Shown: positions 12,024-25,157 of the stretch, one piece after another
Numbering within the stretch: position 1 is the first letter of the stretch
Layout: every line of letters begins with the position of its first letter
DNA from: Selaginella moellendorffii
Taxonomy: Eukaryota > Plantae > Lycopodiophyta
DNA: 64,000 bases
Assembly: GCF_000143415.4 (NCBI RefSeq)
Contig: NW_003314337.1
Coordinates: 817,437 to 881,436, forward strand
Direction of reading: 5' to 3'
Notes under the pieces: generated by a model
Databases searched by the model: none
Told to the model about the DNA's origin: nothing
Seen by the model: the letters and a program-made list of their open reading frames with translations, nothing else
Program-made: the position numbers and the translations under genes

Positions 12024-13938
12024 TTTGGTGTCAGAGAATGAGTCTCAGCGAGTACTATTCAATGAGATTGGGCAACTAGTCTCGTTGCATACGCAGAGAT
12101 GAAAACGATGATCCGAGTGGGTACATGTTTGGGTGCAAAGGCTTCGCAATCGTTCCTTGGGTATAGATTGGTTACTTTGTTGTACCATATAATGTGAGCT
12201 TGCTCTTGGGCTCATAAGAGACATTGAGTTGTTCCGTTCACACGAGTTTGAGCTTGGGCTCGTGAGCGAGGCGCATTAGCAACTCAAGGTTACACTTTGA
12301 GTTGGCAGGATTAATGTTAGCCTATCGGTGGTTCCATGAGTTGTTCCATGTACCATGGGAAAAAGTAAACCTTCCCTGGGTTTGCTATGAGTGGCAAATA
12401 GGCTGGTCCGTAGCTGTTTAGCACGGCACTAGTGGATCCTTCCTAGGCATGATTATGAGTGGATCAATTAAGACTATAGGGATTAGTCTATTGGTTTAAA
12501 TAGTCATTGCCGTGCTCTCTCATAAACTTTTCTTGGATTGGACTGAAGGCAGTGCGAAAGCAAGCTTGAGGTTTAATCAAAGATGAGACCGAAAAGAGAG
12601 TCATTAGGGACAAAGGATCAAATACGTAAATCATTTTCTCTTTTAGGAAAGATGATTTGCAACGAGGTGTGACTCATTGCTCGTGTTTACATTATGCAAT
12701 CAAGAGTCCCTACCTTGATACATGTTGGAAATGATGGTCTTACAAATGGCAAGTTGTGGGATGGATAACGGTGAAGCGTTATACCATTTTGTCTAGGCTT
12801 GCTATTGGGAGACTTGGGTTGCAATGCTCAATTCTTTTCTGGGGAACCTTGCTATTGCTCCTTGAGTAGCTTGGTGTTGGATTAGTTTTGAGTTTGGTCA
12901 GAAAGAGAGTGGCATGAGCTTGTCTGTGTTGTGAACAAAAGTTAGTGGTGTTAGGTGTTATAAATCTCTATCGATGGAGTGTGGCATTTATGTTGCATTT
13001 TGTCGAATCGAGTTGACACTTGATACTCACATAAACCTTTGAAGTAATGACATGGCATTGCTCATATTGTTGCTTGATTGATGATCAAGTCATTGTGATA
13101 CTTATATCATATCCATGTGATAATGAGCAATGTGTTTACAAAGTTGCTTGGTTAAACGATGATCAACCCCAAAGTGGTTGATGGTGAAGCTAGTCTACTT
13201 GCAAGTAGTAGCATTGTAGTAGCTTTGACTGGGTTCTCGATGGTGGTCTATTATGCTAAGCTTAAATTGATTCCTTAGTTCCTTGGGTTTGCCCATAAGA
13301 TGTTGGAAAAGGGTTGTAGCATTCATTTGCTATAACTCATCGGTTGGTCCGTTAACACTTGGAGTAGATTGTTGAATGGAGACGGTGTGTAGTTGAGGCA
13401 TTGACATCGCTAGCACTTGTGTTAGTGGAAGTGGCATTGTTACTTCGAGTGATGAGGAATTTTCCTTGGACCTTGATTTTCTATGTCATTTTTCTTGTTC
13501 ATGTTTTGGCTTCACATTGGATCCTGAAAGTGGTTGAAGAAGAGTGTTATTGCAATGTGGATATCTAGAGATGTTTTCTTCGTGATCAAACCTTGGATGT
13601 TCACTTTGCATTTTGCAGATGTTGGTGTTGGATGTCGGATATATGGGCAAAAAGATGTTCGATGCTTAAGCATGCTATTGGGTCTTGAGAATTTGTGTTG
13701 AGGTGAACTTATGTGAAGTTGTTAGTAGGAGGAAGTTGGCTGAGTCTTGAAAGTTTGTATTCCTGGACTGAGAGTCATTCTTTCTCTAGGATGGAAAATT
13801 TTCCACAAATTTTCTTAGGCTTTTCCAATCAATGCCATCAACATCATAACAAAGCTAAAAGAAAGCAAGAGTGAATCACCACTCAAAACTCTTTAGCAAC
13901 CACTTTCTCCATCCAATAATCTACTCCAAGTGCTAACG

Positions 13939-15064
13939 TGTAGCGCATGTGGTTTTGACCCTTTATCTGTGATTTACCATAGGATAACACCACGAAGCGG
14001 AACCTAAACCCTCTTTGTGCCACGTGACAGATGCCACGTGTCCATGCCACGTGTCAATAGGAACCCAAGGTTCAGGGCTTTGGGCCACTGAACGAAGGAA
14101 CGGTGCCAAACTCCCAAGCGTGAAGCGAAGAAGTGATGGAACCGAACTACGGAGCAACTCCTAAGCATAAAGCCCAAGGAGCGAAGGGACAGGGGCCCGG
14201 AGTCACTTGGAACAGTCCTAGAGTAACCAGCATCCCAATGCCAGGACCAGCACGCAAAACGGAGCCAAACGGAGTCTGGTGCTATTTCGGCATACCGGTG
14301 GCCTAACGTGAGGACATGGGTACTCCACCAGCTAGCATGGAATGGAACTTGGGCTTAGACCCAAGCCGGACGCAGAACAAGGACAGGCACGCAAGCGGGA
14401 GCTAAACTATGCCTCAGGTTGGTTGGCCATGCCCGACCTACCACTATCCCTACTATACATTTGGAACCCCCCATAGCCCCCCCCCTTGAGGAACACACGC
14501 TTTGGGCTTTCACCCCAAGCCTCCCTTAGTATCAGGAGTTAGTCTTTGGGACAAGCTCGAAACTTACTAAATATGGAATGGCTCTAGAATGCGAATTTGG
14601 ACACGGGACGAACACCATTGTGTTCAGGCCGATCTCTACATTCCGTAGATATGCCAAATGAGCAAATCTGGACACTTTCCATAAATAGCATTTGGGACCG
14701 AAATGAGACTAACACAAAGGGCATGATAGCGAGAGTGTTTGGCAGACACGGTAAGCTATCATGTAGCGATATTGAGGGACTAATCTCAATACGCGAGGGT
14801 TCTTGTCACTAGCAAGTGCAAGACAAAACGAGACGGAAACTCCTTACCGGGCTAAGTATGCTTAGCTAATAACACTTAGGAATTTCGTCCTTATGCTCGT
14901 CCGGTCTAAGTACACTCGAAATGCCCAGTTAACTCCACTAGCACAAGAGGGACTGATAAAGGGTCCAGCAATACCGACCTCCCGCCATCGTGGCAGTAAG
15001 GTAAGAGTGTCCGTAAGGACTAGTTGACAGGTAACTTTCGATACCCGAAGTCACATTTGCGACG
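13939..15064 (-). repeat. LTR-C 3' LTR (inverted)
   Basis: Reverse complement of 10905-12023; preceded by a PPT and followed by the TSD. Confidence 0.9.
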
Positions 15065-18000
15065 CTCTCCCCCCCTAGGGAAAATCGACGTCCTCGTCGA
15101 TGCATACTCGAGTCTAGAATACCGCCAAGGAAACAACTCCAGAAAAAGTTCACGGTACTCACACTATGTGAGAAATGCACCAACTTAAATGAGTTAGGGG
15201 GCAACCTCTTTGTTTAACGCGGATGCGCTACCAACTCAGACACCTTCCGGCCGTCGCCGACAAGGAAATGACCAACGGAGTTAGCCACCCTTGCTGCTCT
15301 GGGAGTCACCCAGCTTACAAAAGTGTGATATGCCCCTGCCCGCATGAACATAGAGAGAGAAGCCAGAGGCCCCAACCCTCCTGAGCAAAGAAACCAAACC
15401 CGTCGGTAAGGTTTAGATAGACTACTGTAAACAGGCAGTTAGAGTTGTTTACACGGTCACGCCCTTTCAAACGGAATAAGGAACACCGACAAAGAGGCGG
15501 GTTATGTGACCAGTCGACAGTAGCTACCCCATGACTAAAGATTTCACCATGCACACGAAGTGCCGAAGCCAGTCTGCCTATTACTGGCCCAAAGTCAAAG
15601 ATCAATAGATGGACAATATCAAAGTCATAGACAATGATATCTTAGAGACTTAATTATCAGTAAAGATATCTTAGATGAGAACACAAAAGTATTCCAAGCA
15701 AGTTATCATCTGATAAACTAGTAGTATAGTACAAGAACCACCAAGATCATCATTTTTGGAAACATAGGAATCACCATCCAACCAAATTCAATAGCTAGTG
15801 TATCACCAAGGAAACTCGATGATGAAACGTAACTACTGAAGATAGCAGACAGTAAACCAACAACTTACGAGAGATAACTCAAAGAACACAAAGTATCATT
15901 GACTGGCAAGCAAAATGCTCGCGAATGTATCACCTAAAGGAAATAACATCCATATCTTATCAAAACTAACTCGAGCAATAATCAACAAAACAGAATAAAT
16001 GCGGTAAGACCAACAAACACTCGTTAATGCCAACTATCGCACTAGTCAATCTGAACAGATCCCAGCCAACAACACCAAGGAACTCAAGTCGCCTAAGCAA
16101 GTGTCAACAACATCCTACCGATGTCTCAAACCCAAGAGACCAATCCAGAGCAAACCACAAAGAACATGTGGTATTGCGAAAAGCCAAAAGCCATCAAAGA
16201 GAACAACTAACCATCATGAAAGATCATCAATCATCCTATCAATAAAGAAATGCATAATCATCATCGAAGAAAGAATCTACCATCCCGAAGAACAGCAACT
16301 CATTTTATACCAACAATAATCAAGCAAAACCCTTGACAAGGATAATTAACTATCTTAGATGATAGTCAATCATCACCAATGATTGCTAGATGCAAATATT
16401 AACTTCAACGTCGAAGCTAACAAGCCAAAATGCCTTCCCCAACAACTCCTAACAAATGGAACAATGAACATAAAACTCAAAGAACCAAAAGCTCGAAGAA
16501 GCCTATAACCAAGTCTTGCCTAATAATGATCACAAGCTTTGCATGAACTAGTTTCAATGCCAAAGAAGAAATCATGGTGCAACCCACAATATCTTCCTCA
16601 ACACATCCATAAGCTAGACTTCATAATGCCAAAGCTAATGAAGAGCATATCTGCATCAATCCAAAAGCTAAGCATAACGAAGCTATGCTTAACAAGTGAT
16701 CACCAAACGATCCTCCATGAATCCATCTATAGCAAGACGTAACTCACTTCATAACAAGCACAAGAAGAATCATCAAGGATCAATATATCCCAACTCAAAT
16801 CCAATAAGGATTCAATCACTTCAATATCGATCACTAACTCTTCCACTTGCAGAGTTAGCATAGTCCACGACTGAATCACTTTTCAAGGAAAAGCCAAAGC
16901 TCAACCCTTACTAAATAATCTCGTCTAGAACACAACTAACTCAAACTTGCCACTCAGTTCATTTGAACGTCAACATAGTTGCTAACTAGCAAATGCACGA
17001 ATGATAATAACACAAAGCTATAACCAAATCATCAACACTATCTCTATCAAGACTAATGAAACTCAATATCAATCGAGAGAGAGACATCTTATTTCACTTG
17101 AATCTCAACATCAATATTGTCAACGACAAGGCATCACTTGGCTGATCTATTGATCATTTTGCTCGAAAACCATTCCATTTTCGTAAGTCAGTACAAATTA
17201 ATGAAGGGGTTGGAGTTAACTTCTGTTGGCTTAGACCTTGGTAAGTAGTTTGTATGATGCAACCCGAAAGGGATGCTGACTTTTGAAGCTAAAGCAATTG
17301 AGTTGGATAGAGTCTGGAGTTGGTATAGAAAAGTGGCCGTTACGCTTTTCTAAGAAGGGTGACCCTTGTGCCTTCCTTTTGTAGCATTATGCTTGGTGGC
17401 AGGTTGCACCTTGCATTTTGTTAAGACTCTATGGGAGTAGTGAGCTCTCACTGATCTTGACTTGGTCTTAGTGGTCTTGCGCCTTGGCTAAGGATGGTGA
17501 TGTCCAACTTAGTTGTTCGAGGTTGAGATGTTGGTACCCATACTATAGCTTTGTCTAAGTGGAGGTTGTGTACCGACATGAGTCCATCTCATGGTCTTCA
17601 CTTTAGTTTCAGCTAAGTGTTGGTCATGTATAGCTAGCCTCTTCAAGGCATACTCAGAGCTGTTGGCTAAATGCATTGGTGAGCTTATCGCGGTTGAGTT
17701 GGATTCGAGTGGTCATTTAGTTTGTGTTTGTTCATGAACCTTTATCTCATATCTGGGGTATTACGTTCATGTTGGACAAGTGTATAATAACTCAATGGCA
17801 TGAGTTAGTGTTTGGGTCTTGTGAAGGCAAGTTGAAGAGTGATTGTTGGTTGCCTTGCAACTAGTGATTGCTTGTAGACTTTGTCGAGGACTATTGACAT
17901 TTGCTTCACTCGATGATGATTTAGCAGTGGTGGGCTTGCTTTACCGGATGGTATAGCGGAGGATCATGTCGTTAGACTTGCATGGTTTTCCATGTTGGCA

Positions 18001-18246
18001 TATTGACTCTACCTTTGTTGATATTATTTGGTTGCATTTAGTTCATAGTGTTGGATTTCATTGAGTCTTGGATGTGGTGATTCACTCCTTGATGATGTGT
18101 TATCTGTAGCTGAGTTTTGTTGAAGGATTAGTCTCGGATACTAAGTAAAGTATCTTCGACTTTGGTTAGCTTGTATAGTTAAAGCATTAACATTGCTAGC
18201 ACTTGTGTTAGTGGAAGTGGCATTGTTTTTCAAGTGATGAGGAATT

Positions 18247-18708
18247 TTCAGGAGTTATGAGCTCCCAGAAAACTTGAAACCATGAGAAGCGAAAAAAGAA
18301 GAGGAGGAGAGGAGAGCGTCCAGCTGCTGCAGCCGTGGTGTTCCTGACTGCCCTCTCCACTCCTCCAAATCTCTAAGCCCCGAAAAACCCTAGCCGCCGC
18401 CGAAGAACCCTAAAAACAGCAGCGACCTAGGGCCAGCAAGATCTCCAGATCCGTGGCAGATCTCGCCGCGGCCTTCTAGGAGGATGAGAATCTACACTCC
18501 TAGAAGCCCCCCGTCGAAGGAATCGAGGTTTCTCCCAGCCGTTTGGGAGATACCGATAAAAACGACAGAGAGCGAGAGAGAAGAGGAGAAAGAGGAGGGA
18601 GACGAGCTCCGTGTGTTGCTGCCGCGGTCTGCGATGCTTGTGCCGCCCTGGACGCTCGCTCCCTCCCTCTTTCTCACACTCTCTCTCTAGCGCCTTCGAG
18701 CTCTCTCA
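18247..18708 (-). mobile_element. Non-autonomous non-LTR element B, copy 0 (5' part only)
   Basis: Matches 35763-36220 and 60846-61307; 3' part lost at a TTC microhomology junction. Confidence 0.85.
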
Positions 18709-18832
18709 AATCCGGCGAGATCGCTGAACGTGTATGTACATTCCCCATGTCCCAATGGGACTAATACAAAAAATGGGCGTGCCGCCCTCTCCATGAGCTA
18801 CTCTACGTGATCCTCATATGCCGCAGCTAGAC

Positions 18833-21800
18833 CTAGTCCTGGAGTAGAAGTGGACGTGGTCGTCTCGAGCGAATCATGTCGATGTCCAAGTCTCCCCCAC
18901 GAGCTGACCTTAGAACAGAGTCTGGGGGGCGCCATTGCCAGCGAATCTCGCCACCTCCCAATTTGCCGAAGCATGGGAGCCACCTAGATCTCCACTCCTC
19001 GAGCTGCCTCGGTTTCGCTCGCTCTTTCAGGATGGTGTAGTGAAGACGCACCGCTGCAAGAGTGAGTCTCCACCATGATGCCACCACTGCCGATATTCTC
19101 GCTTGTTGCCCATCAAAGCGACAGTGGTTCTGCGCCTCCCAAAGTGCCTGCAGTCCTGTTGCCCTCCAAATGGACCAGCGCTCTTGGCCCAACGCCTCCC
19201 AGATGGACATCCCAACTTCAGCCCCTGTCACGTCCCACCGGACTCGCATGTTCCATCGGTGCCGTCCGTAGCAGCGAATACGCCTCCAAGCTGGACCAAT
19301 GGCTGGGCCTCTGGCTCCCTCAAACCAGTGGAGGATATCCCCACTCCGAGCCTCAAACTCTGGAATGTCTCCGAGTTCCTGCGTCGCCTTGAAGATCTGT
19401 CGCCAAACTTCTCTCGCCACGTCGCATTCCCATAGGACATGTCGCGCTGTCTCCAACTCGCCTCACTACCGTCGGCATGCTTCTTCCTGGAACCGCTGTC
19501 CTACCGGCAGCCCGTTATTTGCCACCAACCAAGAGGTGGCCTTGACTTTCTCCTGTACCGGTAGTTTCCAGAACGCAAGCGTGTTGCCCACCACCTGATT
19601 TGCTTCAACTCCTTGCTCGATCCATTTCTTCCAGAGCTTGGGGATCTCCCCTCGGGCCTCCTCCCTGCTGGTCAAGAGACCATCCCTTGCTTCCTTGACG
19701 CCGAAGGAGAAGAAGCTCCTCGCTCCTCGTTTCCATGCTGCAGGGTCCCAGTCCAGATCCTCGATGAGCTGCTGTCGCCACCATCTAAGAATGCCTTCCC
19801 CCTCTAGTGCAGCCAACGATTGAACCACCACCGATTGCTTCGGAGCCTGTCGTATAACTCGAATCCTACCCTTGACCTCGTCATCCGTCACCATCGGCAT
19901 GACCTGTTCGTCCCCTGCTGGCAACAGCATGTCGCCTCTCAAGACTCGAAAAGGACACCCAACATTTTGGTCTGGAGACACAACGAACCATACCTCCACA
20001 TCCCTGTCCTCCCAAGCTGGTGTTGGGGCCGTGAACGCCCGTGTCCAGGCCCCCAAGCTACCTCATCCCCTGTCTGGCTCCACGTCCCGTTGCAGAGCCA
20101 CAAAGTCTCCAGATTTGAGACAACGCCTAGGCCAGAGCTGCCCCTGCTTCGCCTCACTCACTGCTCTGATAATGCGAAGAAGATCAAGGTGGACTTTCCT
20201 CCACCGTCCCGGGTTAAAGACCTGCATATGCCTCGTAGTCTTCCTCCTGTCCTTGTCCAGAACCCGCACCAGCTGCTTGAGAGTTCGGAAGCCTGCGCTA
20301 TGTAGCTTTCTCCAGATTGTGTAGTGGTCCTCCCTGCCCAGCGTCCTATCATCCAGTTTGAAGAGGTCGTTGAAGAACAGGGGCTGGTTCAGCCAGTCCT
20401 CCGCTCGCCCTGGCAATTCCCTGCTGACTGGAAATGCGCTCCATAACCGGAGAAACCCCTGGACTAGAGTGCCGCCCTTGACTACTTGTTTCGGCCCCTC
20501 GGCAAAGAGCCAACGTGGATCTTCTTCCCACGGTCTTGCAGTGTTGTGCTTGGGCCGGATTGCCAACAAGTTCTGCCTAAATATGAGTCTCCAAGGTTGA
20601 TTACCTGGTTGAAGGCCCATGAGGAGGATTTTGTACCGTAGCGCCTTCGCCATGTCACTCGGATCGATTACTCCAAGTCCTCCCAAGACTCGCGGACGTG
20701 CTGTAGATTGCCACGCGACCTTGGCCATGCTCCTCCCTGTGACCATCGTGCGTACCTTTCTAAGAGTGCGTTCTGGAACAGGCCAGATGGAGAGGTGGTA
20801 CCAGATGCCGGGCAGAATGATGCTCCTAGCGACTACCACTCTCGCTGGCAAGCCGAGTTTCCGGGGAGCCCACTTCTGGATTGACGTTCATACCCGTCGG
20901 AGCAAGGTGTCATCCTGAAGTGCTGCACTGAACCGAGTACCAACCTGGATCCCCAGGTACCTAGCGTCTTCTCCTGGTTTGAGCCACTGGAAGCCGATGT
21001 CCTGCCCCCAAGATTCGATGCCTGGTCGCCCCCAATTTATGCCCACTGATTTGTTCCAGTTAATTGCTGCACCAGCCGCGAGGTTGAACGTCTCCAACGC
21101 CTTCTTAGCTGCATCCATGTTCTCCTTAGTCACAAGTAGGAACAGGGCAGTGTCGTCCGCAAAAGCACCATCAAGGAGTTCCCGAGACACCCTTGTGGTT
21201 CCCGGAAGTTGCTGTCTCGCAGCCGGCAGTGTGAGTCCTTTAATGCGTCTGCCTTCCGCTAGAAACGTGCCCAGGGCCTCAGCCACAATCAGAAAAAGAT
21301 AGGGTGCTAGTGGACACCCTTGGCGTACTGAACGTCCCAACTGGAAACTCAGTCCCGTCTCGCCATTGATTGTGACTCTGCTTGCGGCTCCTCGGTACAG
21401 TAACGAGATCCTAGCGACCATCTCTCTCGGGATGCCAATCGTGTTCATGCACTCCTCTAGGAACCTCCAGTCCACCCGATCGTAGGCCTTCTCGAAGTCC
21501 AATAGCCATGCTGCAGTTTGTTGGTTAGAGATCTCTGCCCATCTCTGAGCCAACAGGTACGTCCAGATGTTCTCTGCGATTTGCCGCCCTGGAACAAACC
21601 CTGTTTGCTGCTCCCGGATGATCAGCGGCATGACAGCTTGGAGCTTGAGGGTCATTGCTTTGGCGTAGACCTTGTAGGACGTGTTGAGCATGGTGATTAG
21701 CCTCCAATTCTTCAGCTCCTGCAGGTCCCCCCTCTTTGGAATAAGCGCAATCTGGCCCTCAAGGATCTCACGAGGCAAGGTCCCATCACGTTGAGCATCC

Positions 21801-23317
21801 CACCATGCTTGTAGCAGCAGTGGGCCTATGGTCTCCCAGTGCTCCTCGAAGAAAATGGGCAAGAGGCCATCGATACCTGGCTGCTTGTCGTTGCTGAGCT
21901 TCCCGAGCGCTTCCCGAAGCTCCTCCAGTGTGAAGTCCGTCTTCAGTGAGTCGTGCCACTCATGGGGGACTCGCTGGGGAGGGGACGCAAGCACTTCCAC
22001 CGCCGCCCTTTCCCTCTCTGGAGTCCACTGCTGGGCCGTATATAGAAGTTGGTAAAACTCCTGGGCGAGCTGTTGCATCCCCTGTTGGTCCTCGACGACT
22101 CGCCCGTCACTGTGCTTCAGTCCTAGAATGGGAGGAGAGTCCGTCACTGGCCTGATTCCCCTAAAGAAAGCCTTGTTGAGAAGGCGTTCATTTAGGGCCC
22201 ATCCATCTTCCATGGCCCGGACGCCCTTGCTCCATACAGCGTACTCCATGTCACGTAGCTCGGCTTCACGTTCATCTAGTATTGTTTGCCAGTTGAACTC
22301 ATCTTGCGTGTTCAGCAACATCCTGTGTGCTGCTGCGACCTTCTTCCTGGCCAGTCTAAGGTCCTTCATCACCGCCCCTTTGAGATCCTTCTGGCGCGCC
22401 CGGAGCTTCTGTGAGCAAGACAAGAGCACAGGGATCAGCCCCAGCTTGTTCTGCGCAAGAGCGTTGTGTATAAGCCCAATCGCCACCGGGTCTCGCAGCG
22501 TGGCTCTAGTGATTGATCGCTGGACCGCTGTCCCTTTGTCCCTTTGGAGCTGGATCACGCATCTGAGGGGGTCGTGATCTGAGAAGGAGGCAAATCCCAG
22601 CCACGTTTTGAGGCTTCCCCCATCCTGCCGTATGCGAGATGAGGCGTAAATCCGGTCCAGTCTCGATTGGGAGGATACTGTTTGTCGCCTTGTAAAAGGG
22701 TGAGCGTGAGGTGCGAATCCCGCAGCATGCTGAAGGTCCATGAGCCCCAGTATGTCCATGAGCTGACTCCACTGCTTTTGTTCACGTGGCTGAATTGTTT
22801 CCTGCATACCCCTGCGATCACAGACGTCCTCGACCATGTTGAAATCTCCCAGGACCAGCCATTCATCTGCTTGCCCCTGGGCAGACTGTAACACACTCAG
22901 CCAGAATTCTGCACGTCTCCCTTTCTTGGTTGGTGCATAGACGTTGATTATCCCCACCCGTCCAAAGTGGAGGTGAAGGACAAGCAATTGAGCCTTTCCT
23001 GGGACGAGGACAAGGTGGTTTCGTACCTGAGCAGACCATTTGGTTGAGACTACCACTGCTGTGCCCCCTCCTGGTCTGGCCACTGCTTGCGTGGCCGGGT
23101 TCCACCAGAGCCGTCCCCTCATTCCAAAGGTGTAGTCTGGGGCCACAGTCATTTTGTGCTCTTGCAAGCATAGGATGTCGATATCTCCTTCTAAGCTGAT
23201 CTCCCGGATGTGGGACTTGAGCTGCGCCCTTTTGTTGAGTCGACTGCCGGACCAGCTGAGTCCCCGGCAGTTCCAGGTGACGAGCGTGAGAGTTGTCATG
23301 GAGCCACGTACTTCCAA
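18833..23317 (-). pseudogene. LINE A1 ORF2 (APE endonuclease - RT - C-terminal zinc finger), disabled
   Basis: Motifs TWNCRGL, CLQE, INVYAP, GDFN, RLDRIY, SDH; DFEKAYD, RQGCPL, FADD. Stops at 20888, 20063 and 19466; 30-bp deletion between GACCA repeats at ~20744 relative to A2. Confidence 0.92.
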
Positions 23318-25157
23318 GAGAGTGAGGAGTTACGGGGTCTCGCCCTCCATTCTGTGGAGATGGTCCACACCGCAGTCATCTTCCCCTTGTGCTTCGTCCA
23401 GGAGAAGCCTCGGACAGTGTACTTCGCAAAGCCCGTCCACTCAGTGATAGCACTCTCCATGCGTGTGTGGTAGTCTCCAATAGAGACGACCTCTGGGAAG
23501 GCTGTGTTCCCGCGGCACATCAGCCAGTCTCCCGCCTCTGTGGGACTTAATTCCCGCTTAGGGGGAATCCACCTGACCGCCATTCCTACTGTTCGAGGGA
23601 GGACCGGCTGGAAGCCATCTCCTTCGACATCCGTAATAGGTCCCTCGAACAGTTTGGGCTGTGAGGATGAGCCCAAGAGTGGTGGGGCGACCGGGAAGCG
23701 AATGTGGGGAGCTTGGTCCGGAGGGCGTGCCTTCAAGATCCGCTCCTGCTCTGCAGGTAACTCAAACGGCTTCTGGGATGCCAACCTGTTCCGCTTGACT
23801 GAGCAGGCCTCCCGGTGTCCAGCACGCTGACAAAAGTTGCATCTAGGTTCTGAGTTCTCCGTTTGGATCCTGATATACTGGCCCAGCACTGCGATCTCTG
23901 TCGGGATTTCAGCCGGGGCTGACACGAAAACTTTGAGGCGGATGGGACCTAGAACACCCTCTGCTTCTACAGTGTCGAGGCCGGCCGCTATCTGGCCGAT
24001 ACTTCCTTCAACCAGCTCCTGTATCACCAGTGTGATCCGCATTTCCATGGGAACGTCCCACAATGCAATGTTCACTGGAAAGCTCCCGCCCTTGAGACGA
24101 GCCTGGTCCTCTGCGGTGAACCTTGGGATCCATGGGTGGAATGACACCGCCCAATTCTCGTCAATGAGGCCATGCATGGCCTCCGCCTGAGACCGTGCCT
24201 CCTCTGTCTCAAAGACAACTGTGTAGCAGCCCTTTCCATGCGGCAGCATCATCTTCATGAGTATTCCCTGGCCTAGCGTTGCATTGATCCAATCGTTAGC
24301 CATGCGACCTGTTGGGAACTTCCCCCTGAAAACAGCGATCAGTGCCTTCTTGCGGAGTTCCTCTTCCTTCTCTGCTACTGCTCTTTGCAGAGTCTCGGCC
24401 AGCTTGACAGGGACCGCCTTTCCTCTTGTGTCGTCGTGGATCAAGTCACTTCCACCTTCCCCTGCTGCTGCCACCTTGTGCACTTCGGCCTGACCAGGTG
24501 TTCCCCCGTTCACGTTATGTGAGGTGTGCTCCTTGTTAACATCACTGTTCCCGTCCGAGGAGTGCGGCGCTTCCACCACCTTTCTGCAGCCCCGAGTCTT
24601 CCTCACTCTCGACTGGGCTTTTGCCACTCGCTCCGGGGTGTCAACCTCTTGGTTCTGGTGCACCCGAGACTCTGTCCTCTTGTCTGGCGGAGCGTGCTCC
24701 TCCTCAAGAAAGGCTTCAACTGTGTTTGTCCAGGCCGGGTCCTCCTTGGCAAGTCTCAGAGTTTTAAGCTTCCGCCGCGTTGCTCGCTTCACTTTCTTCT
24801 TCTCACGTTTGGTCTTCCTCTTGTTGAAGGCATCACGGTCCTGGAACTGAAGTGTGCCATCTGACTGTTCCTCCAGTGAGCGCTCCGTCTCTGGCTCCGT
24901 TTCTGGCTCTTCGAGTCCCTCTTCAACTGTTGGTGTTGGCATGGTATCCACCTTGCCACCTTGCTCTTGCGCCCATGCATCAAAGAGATCCGCTTGCTGT
25001 GTGGCCACTGCCTTCGTGATTAATTCTTGAGCTTGACGTAGTGCAGGTCCCAACACGAGGTCCTCTCCCAAAGGGTTCAGGTCCAGCTCTCTGATTGTGC
25101 ACATCAATGTTGACTGGAGTTCTTTGCGTACTGGAAGCGGAGAACTTTGGATCCTTT

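Larger units (their letters stand above)
10905..17199. mobile_element. Non-coding LTR element family LTR-C, inserted into its own family; 3' half inverted
   Basis: 5' LTR 10905-12023 (TGTCGC...GCTACA) plus PBS-like TGGTGTCAGAG. 3' LTR on the minus strand at 15064-13939, preceded by PPT GGGGGGGAGAG. TSD CGTTA at 10900-10904 and, reverse-complemented, at 13934-13938. Confidence 0.85.

Noticed and set aside
10905-15064. Inverted 1.1 kb repeats as TIRs of a foldback or DIRS element
   Set aside because: PBS, PPT and the displaced CGTTA TSD show they are ordinary LTRs rearranged by an inversion
18709-18725. Terminal 17-mer as a fragment of an snRNA/rRNA/tRNA target (as for Tx1-clade site-specific LINEs)
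   Set aside because: I cannot match it to U1, U2, 5S, rRNA or tRNA from memory, and A/B homology extends beyond it; an Rfam search is needed to exclude this fully
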